This document shows, in pieces, positions 20,081-30,168 of a stretch of DNA of 64,000 nt. This DNA is from Candidatus Bathyarchaeia archaeon (GTDB taxonomy: Archaea > Thermoproteota > Bathyarchaeia > Bathyarchaeales > Bathycorpusculaceae). Numbering within the stretch: the first letter of the stretch is position 1; each line of letters starts with the position of its first letter. Made by a program: the position numbers and the translations under genes. The notes under the pieces were generated by a model. It did not search any database, was not told the DNA's origin, and worked only from the letters and a program-made list of their open reading frames with translations. The stretch spans positions 16,029 to 80,028 of the forward strand of contig JBEKBM010000014.1 in NCBI GenBank assembly GCA_050015395.1, written 5' to 3'.

Positions 20081-20107
20081 TTGGGTTCAAATCCCATCGG
20101 ACCCGCT
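20081..20107 (+). other. tRNA 3'-end-like fragment (possible att site)
   Basis: TGGGTTCAAATCCCATCGGACCCG resembles the T-arm plus acceptor 3' strand of an archaeal tRNA; the 5' half is absent. Confidence 0.5.
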
Positions 20108-20336
20108 TTTGAAGGATAATTCTTAACATTTTTATTAGCAGAGTTGTCAGCTTCTTTTTCGCCCGCTTCTATTTGAAACGAGAATTATCCTTTCTTATTT
20201 GAATAAGGGTTTTGAACCCTTTTGGGTTTAAGGATCTCCAGCCCCATTGAAGCCTTCTAATTCGCCTTTTGTCTTAAGCCAGTTTTGGAGAGACTATTCC
20301 AGTTGAATTTATTTAACTCCTTGCCTACCGTATCTA

Positions 20337-21347
20337 TTGAGGTTGCACGACACGAGTAACGGCGACACAGGTAAACTATCAATAGACGACGCCATCATAG
20401 ATTATCTGTCTAAGAAAGGCATAACTGATCAAACAGAAAAATTGGCACTTGCTCGAATCAGCAGCAAAATGGAAATCAGTAGCGGACAAGTAGAAATGAG
20501 CATCAACAGACTGAGCGCAAAAAACTTGATACGCAAAGTTTACTTGCACGGCAAAGTTGGTTTTGAGCTGACTCCAAGAGGAAAATCAGCAATCGAAGTT
20601 TTAGCAAAAGCCGAAACCGCCCGTATTACCAGACAACTGCAAGAAGCAATACACCAGGAACGAAAAGCAAAGCTAAGATCGGGTACTGTTAATAAAATGA
20701 AATCAATTGAAGATGAATGGCAAAACTACCAAATGCCTGATAGAAAACTGATTGATAAAATTGAGCAAGAAGCCACAAAATTTCTTGCAGCAACAAAAGA
20801 AACTGAAGACAAGCAACCTTTTTGTCATATAGACCCTCAAAACTATGACCAAAAATTCTCACAGTACAAACCTCAAATAGAAAACCTGACTGAACAAAAC
20901 AACAACCTGACCAAAGCAGTAAACAACTATGCAAAAATCAAAAATTACCTACTATCAATATCGGCTGACATTGAAAACATCAACAAAACCATTAACCGGT
21001 ATGAACCCATGGCAGAAGCAACAGCGCAGGTAAGTCAACTGAAAACCTCTCTTTGCAGACTAAAATCAATTCAATCTCAACTAGAAAACTTTGATAAGGA
21101 TCAATTAACTCAATTCGAAGAGCTCAAGACCCAACTTGGAGATAATTCCAGACTTTTAGAAATGCTAAAGAGACCTACTCACGAATTTACGCCAATAAAG
21201 AGGGAAAACTTAGCAGAAAAGACAACTCTGTATCCAGACCCTGAAGGTCCAATCAAATATGGCCGCAAAACAAGTGGGTACCCATTAGAGGAAAAATGTA
21301 GCAGGTGTGGAACAAAGCGAAGGTTGACAACTGTTGACATCGGATAA
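20337..21347 (+). CDS. Hypothetical protein: N-terminal wHTH, long coiled coil, C-terminal CxxC
   Basis: LARISSKMEISSGQVEMSINRLSAKNLI...FELTPRG (wHTH), heptads, CSRCG. Confidence 0.65.
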   Translation: MRLHDTSNGDTGKLSIDDAIIDYLSKKGITDQTEKLALARISSKMEISSGQVEMSINRLSAKNLIRKVYLHGKVGFELTPRGKSAIEVLAKAETARITRQLQEAIHQERKAKLRSGTVNKMKSIEDEWQNYQMPDRKLIDKIEQEATKFLAATKETEDKQPFCHIDPQNYDQKFSQYKPQIENLTEQNNNLTKAVNNYAKIKNYLLSISADIENINKTINRYEPMAEATAQVSQLKTSLCRLKSIQSQLENFDKDQLTQFEELKTQLGDNSRLLEMLKRPTHEFTPIKRENLAEKTTLYPDPEGPIKYGRKTSGYPLEEKCSRCGTKRRLTTVDIG

Positions 21348-21429
21348 ATACTTGCTTTCCCTTAAACAGAATTAATTTCGTTCAAGCTCACGGTCTTCCC
21401 TCATTGAAGACCAAATTCGTATCCACTGT

Positions 21430-22296
21430 TTAGCTTAAAGAAATAAGTGCTAGACCAGTCAAGATAGCTGCTATGCCGATTTTCTGATTGTTAGCTACTC
21501 TTTCCTTCAAGAAAACGTATGCAAGCATGACGGTTACGGCGGGATATGTGGCAGCAATGGGGCCAACTATAGATACAAATTCTGTTGTTAGGCTTAAGTT
21601 GAAGGTTAAAAATCCCGAAAAATCTAGCAAACCAGCTATGATTATGAATAGAAAGATCAATCTAGCTGGAAGAGAAATTTTTGTTTTCGTAACTCCAACC
21701 CAAGAAAACAAAGTCAGTATTGCAACGGCCCTAAAAAGCAAAAGCGCCATAATTGGTCCTGCCACAGCGACAATGGGTTTAATTAAAGCGTAAGTAATTC
21801 CCCATGCAATCATGCATATTATGCCATCCATAACTCCGTTATGCCTCCAATATTTCATGCTCTTTCTCAGTTCCGCTAAATTTGTAGATGCAAGAAAGAC
21901 ACCGACAAAAACAACTACGACGCCAATAATTTGTAACAGCGTCAGTTGTTCTTTAAAGAGAAAAACAGCCAACAAAGTTGTTATGATCGCCCAGCAGGCG
22001 GAAATAGGTGACACTACGGATACGTTACCTTTTTGAAATCCCCTATACAAAAAAATATAGCCAATAATTCCAAAAACCCCAGTCAATAATATTGTGAAAA
22101 CCAAGTCGACTGTAAAAGAAGGAACTCTAAAGAATAGAATTACACAAATGAAAATAGGAACAAGCGATACAGACTGATTAATTACCAAAGAAGCCCTGTA
22201 ACCCGTTTTATCTATTGCTTTCTTTGCGAAGAAGTCTGCCACTCCCCAACTTAACATTGTTGTGATTGCAAAAAGAATTCCTATCTCCAAGGTCAT
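21430..22296 (-). CDS. EamA/DMT family transporter
   Basis: About 10 TM segments in two EamA repeats (GNVSVVSPI...LFKEQL; SIVGPI...FLKERV). Confidence 0.9.
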   Translation of the reverse strand: MTLEIGILFAITTMLSWGVADFFAKKAIDKTGYRASLVINQSVSLVPIFICVILFFRVPSFTVDLVFTILLTGVFGIIGYIFLYRGFQKGNVSVVSPISACWAIITTLLAVFLFKEQLTLLQIIGVVVVFVGVFLASTNLAELRKSMKYWRHNGVMDGIICMIAWGITYALIKPIVAVAGPIMALLLFRAVAILTLFSWVGVTKTKISLPARLIFLFIIIAGLLDFSGFLTFNLSLTTEFVSIVGPIAATYPAVTVMLAYVFLKERVANNQKIGIAAILTGLALISLS

Positions 22297-22619
22297 AATT
22301 TATTAGACTCCAATTGCCATCAATTATCCAACTGACCTCAATTTAAAGCTTAAATCATAGAATTCAACCAGCTAATTTTAGGAATCGACTCGATCCTTAT
22401 CGAAGAAATATAGATTATGGGCTTGTGCAAAAGAACACTTGAATGTCCATGCATAGAAACTCAAATGGTGTACCTGAACGTACTCTCTAATAAGCCGATG
22501 AGAACAAAAACTACCAAACAGAATTGCATTAAAATCAACGTTTGGTTGAACCAATTGATTTTATGAATTAAAAGAAGTCACAAAAAAAATCTGGGGCTTA
22601 ATCATAAAACTGAGATGCA

Positions 22620-23030
22620 CTAATTTTCGGTGCTATCGTTTGTGCTTGTTAAACTTGCTTCTGCTGAACCTTGTTTCTCAGCACTTCCAGCTTGAAGCTT
22701 CTTGATCTCATCCATTAGCTTCTCCAACTCTGCCAAATCTTCATCGATCTGCCTCTCATCATATCCTTTTGCCAAATTACCCATAACCAATCCAATATTT
22801 GCAGATACTTGAGCCCACATCTGCCGCTCCTTAGGAGTTATAGACTGCAACTTATCACCAACTTGCTGCTGCCCCACTTTGCCTTTAGCAATGGAAGTAG
22901 CCATGTCAAATAAGTCATCAAGTTCGCTAATCCACTTATTTCTCAAACCTTGCGTGTCAACCCTAACTGTTTGCTGAAGCCGACAAATACGCCTCTCAAC
23001 CTGAACAGTAAAACCTGAATTACGCCTCAT
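22620..23030 (-). CDS. Hypothetical helical protein (possibly of mobile/proviral origin)
   Basis: 136-aa ORF with a GGAGGTG RBS; no family confidently recognised. Confidence 0.6.
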   Translation of the reverse strand: MRRNSGFTVQVERRICRLQQTVRVDTQGLRNKWISELDDLFDMATSIAKGKVGQQQVGDKLQSITPKERQMWAQVSANIGLVMGNLAKGYDERQIDEDLAELEKLMDEIKKLQAGSAEKQGSAEASLTSTNDSTEN

Positions 23031-23441
23031 TTCTTTTTCACCTCCCGAATTTTTTATCTGTCATTTGATTATTCTCTTATTCGAGAACCCAACTCAAATT
23101 CCCAAGATTTCATACCAAAAAAATCAAGCAAAAAAACCTCAATGTTCCAAAGATAAATGACCTGTCGCGTCTAAACCGCCAATCACAAAAATGGACTTAA
23201 CCATCGCCAACCGTCGAAGATACCGCTAAAAAGCTAGAAATCCTTTGCCTCCATAATTTCTAATCTGTTTCTATGCAGAACATCTGCTAAACGCCACTCT
23301 AAGGCGGCAACAGAAACCAAACGAGCCTGACACAAAAAAGCGCATGCTCACTGTTTTATTGGATTCAATGATGCTAAGACTTAAAAGGATTCTGGCACCG
23401 CCAAAGAGATGCATCAAAAACGGACATATTACGGTTCTATT

Positions 23442-24365
23442 TCAGGTTAGTCCGTCTATGGCTTTCTTCAGGAACGTTTTTAGTTTTTCAAGGAATTTGT
23501 AGAAGTCCTTCTCGTCAATATCCTTAAGCAGGAGCCCTTTCTCTTCACCCCAAGTGAAGGGTGCTGACGTCACAATGTCCTTCTTTTCCTCAAAATTCTT
23601 CCTGTACCGCTCATAGAGACTAAACGTAAACTTTGTCTTTTCCACACTACAGACAGAGACATCTTCCAACTTAATCCCGAAGGTCTTGCAGATTAAGTAA
23701 ACATCAAGGAAATCGCGCGCCTTTAGGCCTTTGCGCGTAAGTATTGCCCGGATCTTCTCGCACAGAATCTCGCGAATATCATACACATCGAAACAGATTT
23801 TCTGAGTATATTCCTTATACTCTGGAAACAACAAAATGAGCTCTTCCTGCTTCTCAGACAGCAGACTCCCTAACTCCGCACTCTTCAAAGGGAAAAGCAT
23901 TGTTTCTACGAAGTTCATCTGAACTTTCAAGAAGCTCTTGCGCCCAAAAACTTCAGATTCATACCAGACCTTGAACGTGCAGGTCTTATTTCCGCCCCCA
24001 AGCTCAACGTAGTTTCTGTTGGCCTTCGCGCATTTGAAGTCCAGCCCACGCTTCTTTGCTATCTCTTCAAAAACTTCTCCAATGTCGTCTATGATCTTTG
24101 AGAGTTGCTTTCGTATTTCCTTCTGGGACTTGCCTTCGAAGTCTTTCTGGTTTTTCCATGTGAAGTCGATATCTTCAGAGAACCTGAAATAGTCCAGATA
24201 GCATTTTGCCAGGCAGGTTCCGCCTTTGAAAGCAAAGTTCTCGCGGAAGAAAGGGTTTCTTGAAAGTTCAAAGAGCACCTGATGTAGGATGAGGTCTTTC
24301 TCTATCAAATCGGTCCTTTTGACATGCTGAACTCTGGCTACCTCGTTCACAAAGTCTTTTCTCAT
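23442..24365 (-). CDS. abiEii: AbiEii-family nucleotidyltransferase toxin (type IV TA)
   Basis: IEKD, FKGGTCL, RFSEDIDF, EKIRA and ARDFLDV motifs. Confidence 0.9.
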   Translation of the reverse strand: MRKDFVNEVARVQHVKRTDLIEKDLILHQVLFELSRNPFFRENFAFKGGTCLAKCYLDYFRFSEDIDFTWKNQKDFEGKSQKEIRKQLSKIIDDIGEVFEEIAKKRGLDFKCAKANRNYVELGGGNKTCTFKVWYESEVFGRKSFLKVQMNFVETMLFPLKSAELGSLLSEKQEELILLFPEYKEYTQKICFDVYDIREILCEKIRAILTRKGLKARDFLDVYLICKTFGIKLEDVSVCSVEKTKFTFSLYERYRKNFEEKKDIVTSAPFTWGEEKGLLLKDIDEKDFYKFLEKLKTFLKKAIDGLT

Positions 24366-24997
24366 CCCATCACCTCGTCGGCAATCTCCCTGACTGTATT
24401 TGGATAGTTAACGGCGTATTTTCGGATTTTTTCGCCTGATAAATCCCGGGCCCACTCGGAAACATCGAGGATAATCTTTTCCTTGGGAACTCCGTTGTAT
24501 CTCCACGTGTAAATGAAGTCTAGGATCGTCTTTTCAGCATCCGAATATCTCAGTTCATTTGCGGTTATTCCGAAGTTTAGGAGCTTGGGTGCAAGTTTGA
24601 TGAATCTGAATTTGTAGCCAGCTATGGTCATTGGTTTTGGGCGGAACAGCCGATCGTTAATCACGTAGTCAACTGCAAAGTGCTCATGTGTTACGTTGTT
24701 CAGTTTCAGTGCTGTGTACAATCCGAAGTACCAGTTCTTGACGCCTTTGAGTTCGAGGCCTTTGGCGACGAGTTCCAGATGGCTGTATCGGGATTTGCCA
24801 AGCTTGATTTCGTCTAGGGGTTTGACGTAGAAGATTCCTTTGAAGATTCGCGTGAGGTAACCACGGTATACGAAATATTTGATCGCTTTTTCGTAGTTTA
24901 GATCCATCGCTGTGCAGTACTGCTTTAGCTCAATTGAAGTCACAAACTCTTTTTCGTCTATGCGGAGCTTCTTGAGTAAAAGACTCGTCTTCCCCAT
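24362..24997 (-). CDS. abiEi: AbiEi-family antitoxin
   Basis: N-terminal wHTH (GYLTRIFKGIFY), WYFGLYTAL and SDAEKTILD; 4-bp overlap with the toxin gene. Confidence 0.8.
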   Translation of the reverse strand: MGKTSLLLKKLRIDEKEFVTSIELKQYCTAMDLNYEKAIKYFVYRGYLTRIFKGIFYVKPLDEIKLGKSRYSHLELVAKGLELKGVKNWYFGLYTALKLNNVTHEHFAVDYVINDRLFRPKPMTIAGYKFRFIKLAPKLLNFGITANELRYSDAEKTILDFIYTWRYNGVPKEKIILDVSEWARDLSGEKIRKYAVNYPNTVREIADEVMG

Positions 24998-25233
24998 TCA
25001 TATCACAACATCACATATTATACGATATTATTATATGAATAACAAAGTCACTATTTAAAACTATGCGCAATCCGCAGGGCACAACAAAGAACCCAAAGAC
25101 CATCTATGCACAAAATTTCAAAATTTTCACTCGCACCCTCTCAGAAAAAAAGAAACACGTTTCCCTAACCCATCAAAACAATGATTGAAACCTGTTAACC
25201 AAACCTTTTGCTTGGAAGTTCACCATCACAGGG

Positions 25234-25515
25234 TTACGCTGGTTCAAGCATTACCTCTAACGCGTAGCCGGATAGGCGCGTCTTTTTTTCATCTTCAAAG
25301 AGGCTTAGCACCAACTTTGGAACATATATACGTCCATCCTTACGCATCTTTGCATAAAAAAATTGCCAGCCCTTATGCATCCCCAAAAAATTTACACCCA
25401 CCTTCAACACTTGACCACTTTCCATTTTGAACCGCCACCGAATCACCTTTGGAACTTGCACTTTATTGAAACTCTGAAGCATCGTAGTAAAGGTAACTTT
25501 CTCAGTTAACGGCAT
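25234..25515 (-). CDS. Tandem AbrB/SpoVT (MraZ-like) protein, paralog 2
   Basis: MPLTEKVTFTTMLQSFNKVQVPKVIRWRFKMESGQVLKV and FYAKMRKDGRIYVPK...LEVMLEPA. Start set at the MPLTE ATG shared with paralog 1. Confidence 0.75.
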   Translation of the reverse strand: MPLTEKVTFTTMLQSFNKVQVPKVIRWRFKMESGQVLKVGVNFLGMHKGWQFFYAKMRKDGRIYVPKLVLSLFEDEKKTRLSGYALEVMLEPA

Positions 25516-25550
25516 ACAGATTCTTGCTTTTAACACTTATACTTAAGCGT

Positions 25551-25630
25551 TTAGAGTCGGGAAGAGTCGCGAGCAGTCGCAGAAAGTCGCAGGGAGTCGC
25601 AGAAGGTCGCGTATAGTCGCTAAAAGTCGC
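25551..25630 (-). promoter_or_regulatory. 10-bp-phased array, 8 units (GTCGC; GCGAC on the gene strand)
   Basis: Eight consecutive 10-mers end in GTCGG (once) or GTCGC (seven times); the array lies just upstream of a TATA-like TTAAGTATAA. Confidence 0.85.
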
Positions 25631-25690
25631 AGCCTGCAAACACTTCAAACCCTGAATCAAAACAGCAACCCAAAACAACCTGAACAAAAT
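25631..25690 (-). repeat. Dispersed conserved motif, copy 2
   Basis: CCTGCAAACACTTCAAACCCTGAATCAAAACAGCAACCCAAAACAACCTGAACAAAAT. Confidence 0.85.
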
Positions 25691-25731
25691 TCAGGGATAA
25701 GAGAAAAATTAACTCAGAAGCATCCTAAGGT

Positions 25732-28700
25732 TTACCAAAGTTTCCAGGGCAAGTCATCCATGTACTCGTTTAATGAGCGGATTGAGTTGCCGTTTTGATC
25801 TTTCTGCTTTAACACTTCCACTAGCGCAGCGGCTAACTGCAAGTTCGTTATGACTGGCACGTTGAATTCTACTGCTTGGCGTCGGATGATGTAGCCGTCG
25901 GTTAAAATTTCTGAGATACTATTCTGCCTATTAGCTATGGGCACGTTAATTACTAAGTCGATTTTGCGCTCCTGCAAGTAATCCAGAATGTTAGGGTTAG
26001 CTTGAGCTTCCTTAACCTTATGGAGCACAGTAGCATTAACGCCCGCTTCATTGAGCACCTTAGCGGTGTGTGCAGTTGCGTAGATTTTGAAGCCCATTTC
26101 AGCAAAAGCCTTTGCTATTGGCACAACTCGCTTTTTACGTTCTTCATTGCCACCAACACTTATGAATACTGTACCGTTTTTTGGTGGAATGTTGAATTCT
26201 GCAGACTGCAATGCCTTGGAGAAAGCGTCTGAGAAGTTTTCTCCTAAACATGCTACCTCTCCAGTGCTGAGCATTTCAACTCCGAGAACTGGGTCAGCAC
26301 CGCTTAAGCGCATAAAGCTGAACTGCGGAACCTTAACACCAACGTGAGGTGCAACAGTCATCGGTGACAGCTTAACGCCATCAATTTTTTTGCCTAGCAT
26401 CGCCAAAGTAGCTAGCTCAATGAGGTTTATTCCGCGTGTTTTGCTGACAAACGGCATTGAACGTGATGCTCGCAGATTGCATTCAATGACATTAACTACG
26501 TCATCTTTAACAAGGTATTGGATATTGTAAGGTCCGTGAATTTTGAGAGCCTTAACTATTCTTTGTGTGCAATCCTCAATCTTCTTCTGAACCTCAACCT
26601 TTAATGCTTGAGGCGGGATGGTCATGGTTGCGTCGCCGCTGTGGACGCCAGCGTTTTCAACATGCTCCATTATAGCGCCAATTAGCACGGTTTCGCCGTC
26701 AGAAACGCCGTCTACCTCAACTTCTTTGGCACGATTTATGAATTTGCTGATAACTACCGGGTGATCAGGTGAAACTTTCGCAGCTAAGTTAAGGAAATTC
26801 TCAAGTGATGTCTCGTTGTAAGCTACACGCATCGCTGAACCGGATAGCACGTAGCTTGGGCGTACAATAACTGGGTAACCGATTTTTTCTGCAAACCGTT
26901 TTGCATCGGCGATTGATAGGAGCTTGCTCCAGCTAGGCTGAGAAATTCCCAACTGGTCTAAAAGTGCGCTAAACTTTGAGCGGTCTTCAGCCAAATCAAC
27001 GTTTTCAGCGGAAGTACCGAGCAGTTTGACTCCCGCGTTAGAGAGTTTCATGGCTAAATTGTTTGGAATTTGACCGCCGACGCTTGTGATGACGCCTAAG
27101 GGATTCTCTTTCTCGTAAATATCTAGAATTCGTTCAATTGTGAGTTCTTCAAAGTACAGTTTGTCAGAAACATCGTAGTCAGTGGAGACTGTTTCAGGGT
27201 TGTAGTTAACCATTATTGCTTCTTGAATACCGTTTTTCTTGAGCGCCCAAATTGTGTTAACGCCACACCAGTCAAACTCCACGCTTGAGCCTATTCTGAA
27301 GACACCTGCGCCTAACACGATAACTTTGCTTGTGTTACTTGTTAATTCAATGTCATCTTCATCTCCACCGTAAGTCAGGTAGAGATAGTTTGTTTTCGCC
27401 GGCCATTCAGCTGCCAACGTATCAATCTGCTTAACTACTGGCAGAATGTTTGCACTTTTTCTAAACGTTCTAATCGTAGATTCATTAGTGCATTGGCACT
27501 TGGCGATTTGCTCATCAGAGAATCCTAAGCGTTTGGCTTCACGAATCACTTCCGCTGCGTAGCCCTCTGCAAGGTTTAGCTGTCGCAGATCTGTCTCCAT
27601 GTTAATAATATTTTGAATCTTATGCAGGAAAAATGGGTCGACACCGCTTAAGCGGTAGATTTCCGCGATGGGTATGCCCATTTTTAAGGCTTTAACAATC
27701 GTGTAGAGCCTCTCGTCGGTTGGGTTCGCAAGCACATCACGTATTCTCTCTTCAGGCTCAGGCTCTGAATCTTCAGGGTTGCAAACTAAACCTATCTTGC
27801 CAGTGTCCAACATGCGCACAGCTTTCTGCAATGCCTCTTCAAAGCAGCGGCCAATAGCCATCACTTCCCCAACTGAACGCATCTGCGGACCGATGTGGCG
27901 GTCGGCGTTTTTGAATTTCTGTAAGTCCCAGCGTGGAATTTTCACGGTTATGTAGTCTAAGGCTGGTTCAAAACATGCTGTGGTGACTTCTGTTACTTTG
28001 TTTATGAGTTCTGGAAGCAAATAGCCCAAGGTTAGTTTTGTTGCTATGTAAGCCAAGGGGTAACCAGTTACTTTGCTTGCGAGAGCCGAACTTCTGGACA
28101 TGCGTGAATTAACTTCGATTACACGATACTCTTCTGATTTCGCATTCAATGCCCATTGGATGTTGCATTCGCCAACAATGCCTAAGCTGCGTATAGCGTT
28201 TATTGAAGTTGACCGAATAAGGTGGTACTCACGATTTGATAGGGTTTGCGAGGGAGCTACGACTATTGAGTCTCCAGTGTGGATACCCATGGGGTCGAAG
28301 TTTTCCATGTTGCAGACGGTTAAGCAGTTGTCTGCGTAGTCGCGCATGACTTCATATTCGACTTCTTTCCAGTGCCCAACGTACTCTTCAATGAGGATTT
28401 GGCTTATTCGGCTTTGAGCTAAACCACGAGTTGCTATCGTCTTTAATTCTTCAGGGTTGTGAGCTACGCCTGCACCTTTGCCGCCAAGAGTATACGCAAC
28501 CCTAATCATGACTGGATAACCAATCTCATCAGCAACATCCAAAGCTTGCTTGACACTTGTTGCTGACTTGCTTTTTAATGGAGGCACGCCTGCTTTGAGC
28601 ATTGCTTGACGGAAACGTTCACGGTCGCCCGTATCCTCTATCGCCTGAACAGGCGTACCTAAAACCTTAACATTGTACTTTTGCAGGATGCCTTTTTTCT

Positions 28701-29007
28701 CAAGTTCCAAACCGCAGTTTAATGCGGTTTGTCCACCGAAGCCCAAGAGGATGCCGTCGGGGCGTTCTTTTTCAATAACTTTCTCGACATATTCAGGTGT
28801 GACTGGAAGAAGATACACTTTTCCTGACAACCGCGGGTCAGTCTGAATAGTGGCAATGTTAGGATTAACCAGGACGGTTTCTATGCCCTCTTCCCTCAGA
28901 GCTTTAAGGCATTGGCTTCCCGAGTAGTCAAATTCGGCTGCTTCACCGATTTTTATGGCGCCGCTGCCAAGAACTAGCACTTTCTTTATCCAGTCAAACT
29001 TTGGCAT
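25732..29007 (-). CDS. carB: Carbamoyl-phosphate synthase large subunit
   Basis: GSGAIKIGEAAEFDYSG, two ATP-grasp domains and a C-terminal MGS domain, 1091 aa. Confidence 0.98.
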   Translation of the reverse strand: MPKFDWIKKVLVLGSGAIKIGEAAEFDYSGSQCLKALREEGIETVLVNPNIATIQTDPRLSGKVYLLPVTPEYVEKVIEKERPDGILLGFGGQTALNCGLELEKKGILQKYNVKVLGTPVQAIEDTGDRERFRQAMLKAGVPPLKSKSATSVKQALDVADEIGYPVMIRVAYTLGGKGAGVAHNPEELKTIATRGLAQSRISQILIEEYVGHWKEVEYEVMRDYADNCLTVCNMENFDPMGIHTGDSIVVAPSQTLSNREYHLIRSTSINAIRSLGIVGECNIQWALNAKSEEYRVIEVNSRMSRSSALASKVTGYPLAYIATKLTLGYLLPELINKVTEVTTACFEPALDYITVKIPRWDLQKFKNADRHIGPQMRSVGEVMAIGRCFEEALQKAVRMLDTGKIGLVCNPEDSEPEPEERIRDVLANPTDERLYTIVKALKMGIPIAEIYRLSGVDPFFLHKIQNIINMETDLRQLNLAEGYAAEVIREAKRLGFSDEQIAKCQCTNESTIRTFRKSANILPVVKQIDTLAAEWPAKTNYLYLTYGGDEDDIELTSNTSKVIVLGAGVFRIGSSVEFDWCGVNTIWALKKNGIQEAIMVNYNPETVSTDYDVSDKLYFEELTIERILDIYEKENPLGVITSVGGQIPNNLAMKLSNAGVKLLGTSAENVDLAEDRSKFSALLDQLGISQPSWSKLLSIADAKRFAEKIGYPVIVRPSYVLSGSAMRVAYNETSLENFLNLAAKVSPDHPVVISKFINRAKEVEVDGVSDGETVLIGAIMEHVENAGVHSGDATMTIPPQALKVEVQKKIEDCTQRIVKALKIHGPYNIQYLVKDDVVNVIECNLRASRSMPFVSKTRGINLIELATLAMLGKKIDGVKLSPMTVAPHVGVKVPQFSFMRLSGADPVLGVEMLSTGEVACLGENFSDAFSKALQSAEFNIPPKNGTVFISVGGNEERKKRVVPIAKAFAEMGFKIYATAHTAKVLNEAGVNATVLHKVKEAQANPNILDYLQERKIDLVINVPIANRQNSISEILTDGYIIRRQAVEFNVPVITNLQLAAALVEVLKQKDQNGNSIRSLNEYMDDLPWKLW

Positions 29008-29009
29008 GC

Positions 29010-30155
29010 TTATGTAACCTCCAGCATCTTTGCAAACTTATCAAACAGCAATTCGGTGTCGTATGGTCCTGGCGAGGCTTCTGGGTGCCATTGTACAGCA
29101 AAGACTGGCTTGTTTTTGTGTTTGATGCCTTCAGTGGTTTTGTCGTTGGCGTTTATGAACCAAGTTTCCAACGGGGTTTTCTTTAGGGATTCTATGTCTA
29201 CAGCGTAACCGTGATTTTGAGTTGTAATATAGCAACGTTTGCTGTTGAGGTCTAGGGCTGGTTGGTTCTGGGCTCGGTGACCAAACTTTAACTTATAAGT
29301 ATCTCCACCCAACGCCAGCGCCAGTATTTGGGCGCCAAGGCAAATGCCCATAAATGGAACCTTATCAACCACTTCGCGCACACACTCGATTGTTTTCACG
29401 CATTTTTTGGGGTCGCCTGGACCGTTGCTTAAGAAAACACCGTCAGGATTGTAAGCCATGACTTCACTGGCTGAAGTGTCATAGGGCACGCGTACGACGT
29501 TTATGCCTCGTTTAAGCAGGTTGCGGATGATGCTGTATTTGGCTCCGCAGTCAAGTAGGACAACAGTTTTTTTGCCATCCACGCTGTATCTAATTGGTTT
29601 TTTCACTGACACTTCCTTAACCAAATCAGTCAAGTTAGGGTCAGCAATGTCTTTGCCCATCTTTAAGAGAGCATCCAAATTAAGTTCTTCATTAGCGTCA
29701 AAAACCTGCAAAATCCCCAGCATGACACCGTGAGTTCTAAGCTTCTTTGTTAAGCGTCTGGTGTCAACGCCGTATATTCCTGGGACGCCTTCGTCTAATA
29801 GCCACTTGTCTAGGGTTCTCGTTGACGCCCAATGATACGGTTCATGGCATAACTCGTGAATTACTAAGCCTTGTACTTGTATGTGGTCTGACTCGAAATA
29901 GAGCGGAAGGCCTAGGTTTAATTCGTTTGATGGAACGCCATAGTTGCCTATAAGCGGGTAAGTCAGGGTTAAAACTTGACCTTTATACGATGGGTCAGTA
30001 AGCGCTTCTGGATAACCAACCATCTGGGTTGAGAATACTACTTCGCCTGAGATTTTTCCTGTTGCTCCAAAACCGTTACCGATAAATGACGTTCCGTCTT
30101 CAAGAAGCAGAATCGCTTTTTTATTTTTGTTGGACGTGCTATGTTGTGGGACCAA
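29010..30155 (-). CDS. carA: Carbamoyl-phosphate synthase small subunit
   Basis: GYPEALTDPSY, LSNGPGDP, GICLG, QNHGYAV and QWHPEASPGP. Confidence 0.97.
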   Translation of the reverse strand: MVPQHSTSNKNKKAILLLEDGTSFIGNGFGATGKISGEVVFSTQMVGYPEALTDPSYKGQVLTLTYPLIGNYGVPSNELNLGLPLYFESDHIQVQGLVIHELCHEPYHWASTRTLDKWLLDEGVPGIYGVDTRRLTKKLRTHGVMLGILQVFDANEELNLDALLKMGKDIADPNLTDLVKEVSVKKPIRYSVDGKKTVVLLDCGAKYSIIRNLLKRGINVVRVPYDTSASEVMAYNPDGVFLSNGPGDPKKCVKTIECVREVVDKVPFMGICLGAQILALALGGDTYKLKFGHRAQNQPALDLNSKRCYITTQNHGYAVDIESLKKTPLETWFINANDKTTEGIKHKNKPVFAVQWHPEASPGPYDTELLFDKFAKMLEVT

Positions 30156-30168
30156 AGCCCTATTCTAC

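Noticed and set aside
25551-25630. Phased GTCGC repeats as a CRISPR array
   Set aside because: The units are 5 bp with 5-bp spacers, far too short, and there are no cas genes in the window.
25502-25687. Similar ORFs 25502-25687 (-) and 41356-41577 (+) as a protein family
   Set aside because: They read through the repeated non-coding motif and the 10-bp array. A period of 10 is not codon-compatible, so the similarity reflects DNA duplication.
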